Virus record (IMG/VR): IMGVR_UViG_3300034178_000058
Span: 1 to 34,553 of that record
DNA length: 34,553 bases
From: a virus
Taxonomy: Duplodnaviria; Caudoviricetes
Direction: 5' to 3' (one strand)
The notes beneath the pieces are model-generated. The model had not been told where the DNA came from. It was given only the letters and a program-made list of their open reading frames with translations, and ran no database searches. A program made the translations under genes and the position numbers. Shown here one piece after another: positions 17,173 through 25,542 of the stretch (the stretch's first letter is position 1; every line of letters begins with the position of its first letter).

Positions 17173-20100
17173 GCGGCCCCTGGGACGAGCTCGCGGCCGA
17201 GGCACCGAGCTCCGAGGACCGGGAGCGGACGAGCGGAGTGTCGACCTCCCAGGCCCTGGTCGCCGCCCAGCCTTCGCCGGCCGCCCCCGCCGCGCCGAGC
17301 TGGGCCGAGCTCGCGAAGGACGCCCCGACGACGCAGGATCTGCTCGCCGACCCCGCCCGCGCGGCGCAGGTCGCGGATGACGTCCAGGGGCTCTCCTTCC
17401 TCGAGGCCGTCTTCCGCGGCTCTGGGAGCTTGCTCGCCGGCGGCATCGGCGAGGCCCTGTACCGGGGCAGGCTGAACGATGAGATCTCCGTCATCGGCTA
17501 CCGGCAGGCGATCGGCGTCGCCACGCCGGAGGAGATCGCCAGGGCGGAGACGCTCGAGCTGCTCGCCGCGTCGGTGCCACGTCCGAAGACGGGGCTCGTC
17601 GCCCGGGGGCTGCGCGCGGCGGCCGAGTCGGCGCCGATGATGGTCGGGTCGGCCTGGGAGGGGGGTCCGCTCGCCATCGCCGGCGGCAGCATCGGGGCGA
17701 TCGTCGGCGGAGTGGGCGGCGCCATCGCTAGCGGCGGGCCGGGCGTGGTGCCGGGCGCGATCGCCGGTGCGAAGTTCGGGGCGAGCGTGGGTGGCCGAGC
17801 CGGCATGACGGTCGCGACCGGGAAGCGCGAGATGGGCAGCGCCTTCCGGGAGTACAGCAGGATCCCGGGAGTGACCCCCGAGCAGGCCACCTTCGCGGCG
17901 GCCATCGTCGGCGCGGCGAACGGGATGCTCGAGGTGCTGCCGCTCGACATCGTCTTCCAGCTCCCCGCCCTGAAGACCCTCGTGAAGGGCGGCATCGCGA
18001 AGGACTTCTTCCGGTCGGCCCTCAAGTCCAATACCGGACGCGCGGCGGTCGCTCGCGCGGCGGCTCGCGTCGCCGGCGGCATGACGCTCGAGGGGCTCAC
18101 CGAGGCGATGCAGGAGCTCAACACCATCCTCGGTGGCGAGCTCATCGACGAGAAGACCGGCGTCTCGATCGACTGGAACCGGGTCGGCGAGGCGGGGCTT
18201 GAGGGTGGGCTTGCCGGCGGCGTGTACGGGGCGCCTGGCGTGGCGGCCGGTCTCCGGTCCGACGTTACCGAGGCCAGCCACGCGCGCGAGCGGGCCCAGT
18301 TCTTCACTGCGCTGGGGGAGGCGGCCGCGGAGTCGAAGACCGTAGCCAACCTGCCGGACGTCGCCCGCGCCCACGTGGAGGCCATCCAGGCGCGCCAGGG
18401 GGGCGCCGTGGAGTCGGTCTCGGCGCCCGCCGAGCAGCTCCTGACCCTCTTCCAGGCGAACGACATCAGCCTCGAGCAGGTCGCCCGCCGGATGCCCGCG
18501 GTGGCGCGCCAGATCGAGGAGGCGGCGGGAAACCCGGCCGTCGAGATCACCATCCCGACGGCCGACTTCGCGGTCAACGTCGCCCCGCTGAAGGGTTACG
18601 AGGGGCTGGTGCCGGACCTGCGTGTCGGCGACGAGCTGACGCTCCGGGAGGCCGAGAAGGTCGAGAAGGAGGCGAAGCAACTCGCCGCCGCCACGGCCAA
18701 GGCCGACGCGAAGCCGGCCCCGGCGACCCCGGAGCAGCGGGTCCTTGCCGACGTCGCCTCGAAGCTCGAGGCGGCCGGGCAGGACGCGGAGACGGCGCGG
18801 CTGAACGCCGCGCTCTGGGCCGCCTTCAGCCGGACGATGGCGGCGCGGACCGGCAAGGGCGACGCCTTCTCGTTCTACGAGGGGCTCGGGCTGCAGGTGG
18901 AGCAGCAGGAGCTCGGGCCGCTGCAGGCGCCTGGCCTGGAAGTCACGCGCTCCTCGGAGCTCCTGACGAAGCACCTGGTCGGCCTCGACCGGCCCGGCAA
19001 GGAGTCGCTCTTCTTCACCGACCCGAACACGGGAGCGCTGAACCGGCGGGCCTTCGAGGCGCTCCCGGCGGACCCGGCGCGGCCGCTCGTAGCCCACATC
19101 TCCGTCGAGGGCACGAAGTGGGCCAACAAGAGCGGCCACGCGACGGGGAACCTGCTCTACCGGGCGGCGGCGAAGGCGCTCCGCGGGGCCGCGCCGCTCG
19201 TGGCGAAGGTCGGCGGCGACTTCGCGGTCCGGGTGAAGGACCAGGCGCAGCTGACGGCGATCCTCGAGAAGGCGCAGGCGGCCATGCCGGAGGGGATCGC
19301 GCTCACCGCCGAGCTCGGGCCCGACCTGGAGACGGCGGGCAAGACCCACGCCGGGACGAAGAAGGGGCTCGAGGGCGCCGGGAAGCGGGCGCTGCGCGGC
19401 GCGAAGCCCCTCGGCGCGAAGGTGGAGACCGCGGCCGAGATGGGGCTCTCCGCGGAGGAGCTGGCGCCGGCGGACGTGCCGGCCGAGATCCGCGCGCTCC
19501 TGCCGAACGACGAGGCCGCCTTCAAGGCCGCCTTCCTGGACGGGAACGGGGCGCTGACGGGGGAGGGGTTCTTCCTCCTGGAGAAGCTCGACAAGGCCGC
19601 GCACGTGGCCTCGATCGACCTGAACGGGCTCCGGGCCATCAACGAGAGGTTCGGCGAGGAGTTCGGGGACCAGATGCTGCGGGCGGTCTCGCGGCAGGCC
19701 GCGAAGGCCTATGGCGCCGAGTTCGACTTCGCGCACCTGAGCGGCGACGAGTACGCGGCGCGGTCCAACGATCCCAAGGCCTTGCAGGCGTTCGTTGACG
19801 ACCTCGCCGAGCTGTGCGCTACTATCACACACGAAGACGACACGCCCGCCGCGGTCACCTTCGGATACGGAATCGGAGAGACCTATGACGCAGCGGACTC
19901 CCTCGTCGAAGGCGACAAGCTCCTCGGCCCCGAAGTCGAAGCTGCCGCCCGCGCATCCCGGCTTGAAGGTCGGCGGGGTGACGGTGCTCAAGGCCAACGA
20001 GCAGATCAGCCCCGACGAGTTCGGCGCCAGGGTTTCGCAGGCGGCCGAGCAGTTCTTCGAGAAGCAGCGCAAGTAGCCGGCCAGACCAGCCTCGAGCAGC

Positions 20101-23100
20101 CCCCGTCGCGCGAGGGCGCCGAGCCGCGCGGCCGCGTCACCTTCCCCGAGAGCCGAGAGTGGTTCCGGGTCACCCTCACCGGGTCGGCCAACCTCTCGAC
20201 GTTCGTCCACGAGTCGGGCCACGTCTTCCTCGAGGTCCTCCGGCAGACCGCCGAGAAGGACCCCGGCCTGAAGGCCGACCTCGCCGCGATCCACCAGTGG
20301 CTGGGCGTCCCCCTCTCCGGCGAGTTCACCACCGACCAGCTCGAGCGGTTCGCCCGCGGCTTCGAGACCTACCTGCGCGAGGGGCGCGCGCCGGCGCCAG
20401 GGCTCGTCGAGGTCTTCGACTCGATGAAGGCGTGGCTCCTCCACGTGTACCGGACCCTCCGCGGCCTGGACGTCGAGCTGACCGACGAGGTCCGCGGCGT
20501 CATGGACCGGCTGCTCGCGACCGAGACGGAGATCGCCCAGGCGCGGCACAACGCCGGGCTCCTCCCGATCGCGTCGGCCGAGCTCGCCGGCATGAGCGAG
20601 GCGGAGTACGCGGCGTACCGGGAGAGGTTCGAGAAGGGGGCCGCGGCGGCCCAGGCGGAGGTGGAGCGCGATTCCCTGTCGGCGCTGACCCGGACGCTCG
20701 GCGAGGAGCGCGCGGCCGTCCGGACCGACATGGAGGAGCTCGCCACGCTGGAGCCGGTCTTCAACCTCCGCGAGTTCCTCCGGACGGGCGCTCGGCTCGA
20801 CGGCGTCGAGGTCGACGAGGCGATCGCCGGCGCGAAGCTCGACCGGGCCTCGCTCGAGGGGCTCACCGACCCGAAGGGGATGCGCCGGCTCGCCCCGTTC
20901 GTCGCGGCCGAGGGCGGCTTCTCCGCGGACGACCTCGCGCCGTACTTCGGGTTCAAGGATGGCCACGAGCTCGTGCAGGCGCTCGTCACCACCCCGCGGC
21001 GCGAGGCGTGGGTGAAGGCCGAGACGGACCGCCGGATGGCCGAGCGCTACCCCGACAGCGTCATCGCCAACCTGGCGAAGCAGGCCGTCGCGGCCGTGCA
21101 GCAGAACGACGGCATCGTGCGCGCCCTCCGGGACGAGCTCGACGCCGTCGGCAGGCGCGTCGGCGCGGGCCCGGCGCGCTCGGCGATCGAGGTCCTGCGG
21201 CGTGCCGCGCGCGAGCGTGCGGTCCAGATGACCGACCTCGAGCTCCGCCCGGACAAGTACCGGCGCGCCGAGGCCGCGTCTGCGCGGGAGTTCCTCGAGC
21301 ACCTGGCCGGGAAGCGCTACGCCGAGGCGCACGACGCGAAGCGGCGCCAGCTCTGGAACCACTTCATGGCGGCCGAGACCGCGAAGGCGAAGAAGGAGGG
21401 CGAGCGGATCCGCTCCTACCTCCGCGGCCTCGAGGACGTCGGCACCCTGCGCCGGATCGGCAAGGCCGGGCAGCGCTACGTGGAGGCGATCCGCGCGCTC
21501 ATCGACGGCATCCAGCTCCGCAAGGAGAGCGGGAAGGCGGTCCGCAAGCGCGCCTCGCTCGCCCGGTACGTCGCCGAGATGGAGGCCGAGGGCGACACCA
21601 TCTCGCCGGCACTGAAGGAACTCGGCGAGCTGAAGTCCTGGCGGTCGATGACGATCGAGGAGCTGCAGGGCGTCGAGGCCGCGGCCGCGAACATCGAGGC
21701 GATGGCCCGGCTGAAGGGGAAGCTCCTCCTCGGCGGCGAGAAGCGGGACCTTGCGCGGACGGCGGCGGAGCTCTCCGGGCACGTCCGGACCAACCTCGGA
21801 ACGGAGTCGAAGCCGACCCCCGGGGACCTCGGGAAGCTCGAGAAGGCGCGGGAGTGGCTCCGGTCGGCCGACGCCGACATGAAGAAGGTCGAGTTCATCT
21901 GCCGCATCCTGGACGGAGGGAAGACGGCCGGCCTCGCCCACTCGCTCATCTTCCAGCCGCTGCGCGACGCGCAGAACGCCCGGAACGCGATGAACGAGCA
22001 GGTCCACGGCGCGCTGATGAAGCCCTTCCAGGAGCTCACGCTCGCGCGCCGGAAGCGGTACGCGGAGAAGGTCGGCTTCCTGTACTCGCCGAAGGCCGGG
22101 AAGATGGTGACGCTCACCCGGCGGAACCTCCTGGCCATCCTCCTCAACCTGGGCAACGCGGGGAACGCCGAGCGGCTCCTCGCCGGCTACGGCTGGACGC
22201 GGGAGGCGGTCCTCGCCCGGCTCGACCAGTTCCTGGACGACGGCGACCTCGCGATCGTCGAGCACATCTGGAAGACGGTCGACTCACTCTGGCCGGCCAT
22301 GAAGGGGCTCTCCGAGCGCCACGTCGGCCTGCCGCCCCCGCGCGTGGAGGCGACCCCCTTCCAGCTCCCCGGCGGCCGGAAGCTCTCCGGCGGCTACTAC
22401 CCGATCGTGAAGTCGCGCCGGATGAGCTACCTCGGCCAGCAGCTCGCCGAGCGGGAGGCCGCGCTCTGGGAGGCGAACTTCTTCGCGCCCGTCGTCGAGC
22501 ACGGCTTCACGAGGAGCCGCGGGAAGGACCTGAGCCCGCTCGAGCTGAGCCTCGACGTCGTCCCGGCGCACCTCGACAAGGTCATCCACTACCTGACCCA
22601 CTACGAAGCGATCCGGGGCGTCGACCGGCTCCTGCAGCAGGGGGACGTCCGGGAGGCGATCACGGAGGGGCTCGGGCGCGAGTACTTCAACGGCTTCCGG
22701 CCCTGGCTGGAGAACATCGCCTCGGACGGGAACCTCGCGGAGCCGCTCGTTTGGTACGAGCGCGTCTTCCGGCACCTCCGCTTCGGGTCGTCCGTGGTCC
22801 TCCTCTTTGGCAAGCTCCCGACGGGCGTGAAGCAGGCGCTCGGGCTCTTCACCTCCGGCAAAGAGGTGCAGAGGCGGCACATGGTCTCCGGCCTGCGGAA
22901 GTTCCTGCGCGAGGGGTGGGCCGAGGTCCGGGAGCAGAGCCCGGAGTTCAAGTTCATCGACAAGCAGCTCGACCGCGATGCGCGTGAGCTCTTCACCGCG
23001 CTCGAGTCGAGCTTCACCGAGCTCGGTGGGCTGAAGCGGAAGGTGATCGAGTTCGGCGCGATGCCGATCATGCTCGTCCAGAAGACGGTGAACGCGATCA

Positions 23101-23765
23101 CCTGGTACGGGGCGAAGGAGCAGGCCCTCGAGGAGGGGCACGCCAACCCGAACGCCTACGCCGACGCGGTCGTCTCGATGACGCAGACCGGCGGCGGGGC
23201 GAAGGACCTGGCTGCCATCCAGCGGGGCGGGGAGCTGCGGAAGCTCTTCACGGTGATGTTCAGCTACCGGAGCGTCCTCTACAACCTGCTCACGGAGCGG
23301 ACGGGGAAGACGGGCGGGAAGGCCGCGCTCGAGTACGCCGCCCGCTTCTGGTGGCTGGTCTTCCTCCCGGTCGTCGCCGAGCAGCTCCTGATGAACGGGG
23401 TCGGGGACGACGAGGACGCAGACGACGTGGCGAAGCGGCTCCTGCTCGAGATGGCGCTCCTGCCGGTGAGCACGGTCCCGGTGGTCGGGGACGCGGTCCA
23501 GGGGGCGGTGCAGCATCGCCCGCCCCGCGGCGCCCCGTGGCTCGACACGATCTACCGGAGCGTGGTGACGGCCGGGAAGGTCGTGCAGGGCGAGGACCTC
23601 GGGAAGGCCGATGCGCGGGCGGTGGTCGACCTGGTGGGCTCGACGATGCAGCTACCGACGGGCGGGCTCTGGAACCTCGGGCTCTTCACCGACGAGCTGC
23701 TCTCGGGCGAGCTGGAGGAGCCTGTCCAGGACCTGCTCTTCCGCAACCCGTCGAAGTGGGAGTAG
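17169..23765 (+). CDS. Large polyvalent internal virion/ejection protein (2198 aa) with Gly-rich membrane segment, two GGDEF-like domains and HExxH motif
   Basis: GTGA-coupled start; gp16-like position; TDPNTGALNRRAF...VGGDF; IDLNGLRAINERFG...GDQML...LSGDEY; STFVHESGH; LSGGYYPI. Confidence 0.85.
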   Translation: MSGPWDELAAEAPSSEDRERTSGVSTSQALVAAQPSPAAPAAPSWAELAKDAPTTQDLLADPARAAQVADDVQGLSFLEAVFRGSGSLLAGGIGEALYRGRLNDEISVIGYRQAIGVATPEEIARAETLELLAASVPRPKTGLVARGLRAAAESAPMMVGSAWEGGPLAIAGGSIGAIVGGVGGAIASGGPGVVPGAIAGAKFGASVGGRAGMTVATGKREMGSAFREYSRIPGVTPEQATFAAAIVGAANGMLEVLPLDIVFQLPALKTLVKGGIAKDFFRSALKSNTGRAAVARAAARVAGGMTLEGLTEAMQELNTILGGELIDEKTGVSIDWNRVGEAGLEGGLAGGVYGAPGVAAGLRSDVTEASHARERAQFFTALGEAAAESKTVANLPDVARAHVEAIQARQGGAVESVSAPAEQLLTLFQANDISLEQVARRMPAVARQIEEAAGNPAVEITIPTADFAVNVAPLKGYEGLVPDLRVGDELTLREAEKVEKEAKQLAAATAKADAKPAPATPEQRVLADVASKLEAAGQDAETARLNAALWAAFSRTMAARTGKGDAFSFYEGLGLQVEQQELGPLQAPGLEVTRSSELLTKHLVGLDRPGKESLFFTDPNTGALNRRAFEALPADPARPLVAHISVEGTKWANKSGHATGNLLYRAAAKALRGAAPLVAKVGGDFAVRVKDQAQLTAILEKAQAAMPEGIALTAELGPDLETAGKTHAGTKKGLEGAGKRALRGAKPLGAKVETAAEMGLSAEELAPADVPAEIRALLPNDEAAFKAAFLDGNGALTGEGFFLLEKLDKAAHVASIDLNGLRAINERFGEEFGDQMLRAVSRQAAKAYGAEFDFAHLSGDEYAARSNDPKALQAFVDDLAELCATITHEDDTPAAVTFGYGIGETYDAADSLVEGDKLLGPEVEAAARASRLEGRRGDGAQGQRADQPRRVRRQGFAGGRAVLREAAQVAGQTSLEQPPSREGAEPRGRVTFPESREWFRVTLTGSANLSTFVHESGHVFLEVLRQTAEKDPGLKADLAAIHQWLGVPLSGEFTTDQLERFARGFETYLREGRAPAPGLVEVFDSMKAWLLHVYRTLRGLDVELTDEVRGVMDRLLATETEIAQARHNAGLLPIASAELAGMSEAEYAAYRERFEKGAAAAQAEVERDSLSALTRTLGEERAAVRTDMEELATLEPVFNLREFLRTGARLDGVEVDEAIAGAKLDRASLEGLTDPKGMRRLAPFVAAEGGFSADDLAPYFGFKDGHELVQALVTTPRREAWVKAETDRRMAERYPDSVIANLAKQAVAAVQQNDGIVRALRDELDAVGRRVGAGPARSAIEVLRRAARERAVQMTDLELRPDKYRRAEAASAREFLEHLAGKRYAEAHDAKRRQLWNHFMAAETAKAKKEGERIRSYLRGLEDVGTLRRIGKAGQRYVEAIRALIDGIQLRKESGKAVRKRASLARYVAEMEAEGDTISPALKELGELKSWRSMTIEELQGVEAAAANIEAMARLKGKLLLGGEKRDLARTAAELSGHVRTNLGTESKPTPGDLGKLEKAREWLRSADADMKKVEFICRILDGGKTAGLAHSLIFQPLRDAQNARNAMNEQVHGALMKPFQELTLARRKRYAEKVGFLYSPKAGKMVTLTRRNLLAILLNLGNAGNAERLLAGYGWTREAVLARLDQFLDDGDLAIVEHIWKTVDSLWPAMKGLSERHVGLPPPRVEATPFQLPGGRKLSGGYYPIVKSRRMSYLGQQLAEREAALWEANFFAPVVEHGFTRSRGKDLSPLELSLDVVPAHLDKVIHYLTHYEAIRGVDRLLQQGDVREAITEGLGREYFNGFRPWLENIASDGNLAEPLVWYERVFRHLRFGSSVVLLFGKLPTGVKQALGLFTSGKEVQRRHMVSGLRKFLREGWAEVREQSPEFKFIDKQLDRDARELFTALESSFTELGGLKRKVIEFGAMPIMLVQKTVNAITWYGAKEQALEEGHANPNAYADAVVSMTQTGGGAKDLAAIQRGGELRKLFTVMFSYRSVLYNLLTERTGKTGGKAALEYAARFWWLVFLPVVAEQLLMNGVGDDEDADDVAKRLLLEMALLPVSTVPVVGDAVQGAVQHRPPRGAPWLDTIYRSVVTAGKVVQGEDLGKADARAVVDLVGSTMQLPTGGLWNLGLFTDELLSGELEEPVQDLLFRNPSKWE
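19795..19825 (+). promoter_or_regulatory. Candidate internal sigma70-type promoter for the nested gene
   Basis: TTGACG-N19-TACTAT, built from AT-ending codons atypical for the host frame; spacer is long. Confidence 0.4.
19885..20076 (+). CDS. Nested out-of-frame gene (63 aa) inside the ejection protein gene
   Basis: GGAGAG RBS before ATG; third-position GC bias switches to this frame from about 19940 to the stop. Confidence 0.65.
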   Translation: MTQRTPSSKATSSSAPKSKLPPAHPGLKVGGVTVLKANEQISPDEFGARVSQAAEQFFEKQRK

Positions 23766-23776
23766 GCCCGGGGGCG

Positions 23777-23801
23777 CGCTGTCCCCGGGGGCCCGGAGAA
23801 T
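23777..23801 (+). promoter_or_regulatory. Candidate late-promoter motif, copy 4 (before tail fibre; leaderless)
   Basis: CGCTGTCCCCG-N8-GAGAAT-N7-ATG; overlaps a perfect inverted repeat GGCCCGGA/TCCGGGCC. Confidence 0.55.
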
Positions 23802-23808
23802 CCGGGCC

Positions 23809-25266
23809 ATGCGAAAGCTCATTCCGGCCCTGATCCTCGCGCTCGCGGTGCCGCTCGCCGCGATCGCCGTCGTCACCTCCACCAGCTCGCGCGTCACCCC
23901 GGACCCGACCGGCAACGGGGTGACGACCGCGTTCACGTTCACGTTCCCGACCTATGCGTCGAGCCACATCGAGGTCTTCCTCGGGGGCGTGAAGCAGGTC
24001 GCCGGGTTCACGGTCTCGCTGAACGCGAACCAGACCAGCTCGCCGGGCGGCACGGTCACGTTCACCGTGGCGCCGGCGGCCGGCGTGGTGGTCCGGATCC
24101 AGCGCACGCTGCCGCTGACGCAGGAGACGGTCTACGCGCCTTACAGCGCGTTCCCGGCGAAGACGACGGAGAAGGCGCTCGACCGCTCGGTGATGATCGC
24201 TCAGCAGCTCCAGCGGACCGCTGACGTGTGCGACGACAATGGGGTGTGTTCGGCGCTGACTGCGCCGACCTTCACCGGGGCGCTCATCGGGAACGCCACT
24301 TCGGCCACTTCGGCCACTTCGGCGTCGTCGATAGGAGGCTGCTCCTGGCAGGACGACTCGTTCAACTGCACAGGCACTAACCCCCTCTCGCAGACCGAGG
24401 TGCAGGCGACCTCTTCCGATGGACTCAACAATGCTCATCTCAGGGCCAACGCCGGAGCATCAGGCACGGTAGGGCTGACGCTGGACGGGGGCGCTAGTAG
24501 CGCCCACCTCTCCCTCAACAGTTCTGGGACTGCACTCGAGGTCTCCGGCAGCCCAGCAGTCACGGCATTGGTCTCCAGCCTCGCAATTTCTGCTCCGAGC
24601 TTCACGGCGACTCTCTCCGATCCGGCGCAGAAGGCGGCGGTTACTGTCGGACCCGGATTTTCATCGATCGACATGAACATGAGTGATTGGGAATATGCGT
24701 TCTTGACTGCTTCGGTCGGGAACGTCTTCGCGGGATTTTCGGCTGGGGTGGCAGGCGGTCTACGCATGAATGTCGGCGTAGAGGGGGCTGGGCCCTATAT
24801 CGAGGGTGACACCGGCTCCGATCTCCTCTTTCGGTCCTTCACCACGATCCGCAGCGCCAATTTCACGCATGACAACGGCGCAACCGCCGCCCCCGCCTGC
24901 GCTGCGAGCACGCGTGGCATGACATACTTCACGCAGGGCGGCACGGGCGGGCAGGATCTCTTTCAGGTGTGCGCGAAGGATGCGGATGGCGTCTACGCGT
25001 GGCGCGCGGGCTACGCACGCATCACGTCGGTCCGGGACGTCGCTCTGCTCGCGAATGGCGCGTGCGAGACGTGGCAGGTAGGCCTTATCGGCGCCAGTGT
25101 CGGGGCCGACGCGCTGTCTACGTCGCCCGCCGGTCTGGATCCTCGCGTGCAAGTCGTCTGTCACGTCGAGAGCGCCGACCTCGTCGAGTTCCACGCGTGC
25201 AATTTAGGCACGGTCGCCATCGATCCCGCGTCCTACACCTACCCGTGCCGCGTGCTCAACCCGTAG
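23809..25266 (+). CDS. Tail fibre with T7 gp17-like N-terminal adaptor, preceded by a signal-peptide-like segment
   Basis: GNGVTTAFTFTFP...GGTVTF..APAAG..V.I.R..P.TQ...EKALDR..MIAQQL; GNATSATSATSA; lower-GC C-terminal half. Confidence 0.85.
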   Translation: MRKLIPALILALAVPLAAIAVVTSTSSRVTPDPTGNGVTTAFTFTFPTYASSHIEVFLGGVKQVAGFTVSLNANQTSSPGGTVTFTVAPAAGVVVRIQRTLPLTQETVYAPYSAFPAKTTEKALDRSVMIAQQLQRTADVCDDNGVCSALTAPTFTGALIGNATSATSATSASSIGGCSWQDDSFNCTGTNPLSQTEVQATSSDGLNNAHLRANAGASGTVGLTLDGGASSAHLSLNSSGTALEVSGSPAVTALVSSLAISAPSFTATLSDPAQKAAVTVGPGFSSIDMNMSDWEYAFLTASVGNVFAGFSAGVAGGLRMNVGVEGAGPYIEGDTGSDLLFRSFTTIRSANFTHDNGATAAPACAASTRGMTYFTQGGTGGQDLFQVCAKDADGVYAWRAGYARITSVRDVALLANGACETWQVGLIGASVGADALSTSPAGLDPRVQVVCHVESADLVEFHACNLGTVAIDPASYTYPCRVLNP

Positions 25267-25302
25267 CGAGGCGCTCGCCCCGCCGACCATCCCGACACCC
25301 AC

Positions 25303-25340
25303 CGGCCCGCTCCTGAACCTCAGGGCGGGCCGTTTCCGTT
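25303..25340 (+). terminator. Rho-independent terminator of the late operon
   Basis: CGGCCCGC(T)CCTGA-acc-TCAGGGCGGGCCG stem followed by TTTCCGTT. Confidence 0.75.
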
Positions 25341-25357
25341 CATTCTGGAGGGCGTCC

Positions 25358-25379
25358 CGGGAGCCATTCGGGAGCCAAT
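25358..25379. repeat. Integrase arm-type site pair (left)
   Basis: CGGGAGCCATT CGGGAGCCAAT tandem. Confidence 0.7.
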
Positions 25380-25491
25380 GCACCGCCGAACGGTACCGCT
25401 TGGCGATCTCGGGGCTCGCGCGGCCGCTGGCGTTCAGCCCATTCTGCGCGGTCTTGAGCGTCTGGCGCTATCAGGAGCCGTCAGGCCGTGA

Positions 25492-25532
25492 GGCTTAAAA
25501 GGCCGATGCTCTACCAATTGAGCTAGCGCCTC
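25492..25532 (-). tRNA. 5' half of tRNA-Lys(UUU); attP core, not a complete tRNA
   Basis: GAGGCGC TA GCTC AATTGGTA GAGC A TCGGC CTTTTAA GCC: acceptor 5' strand, D arm and anticodon arm; no T arm follows. Confidence 0.85.
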
Positions 25533-25542
25533 GAACCTACTG

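Noticed and set aside
17151-22265. 1704-aa antisense ORF and other long antisense ORFs (e.g. 4883-6676, 6710-8962, 15325-17205)
   Set aside because: Shadow frames of GC3-biased genes; no motifs or RBS
20159-22987. 942-aa alternative + frame ORF inside the giant gene (also 18133-18345)
   Set aside because: Arg-rich off-frame translation without the GC3 switch or RBS seen for 19885-20076
23809-25500. Diversity-generating retroelement, given BPP-1-like structural genes
   Set aside because: No reverse transcriptase and no TR/VR repeat pair seen in this window
25455-25532. Complete phage tRNA gene
   Set aside because: No T arm (GTTC) or acceptor 3' strand follows the anticodon arm
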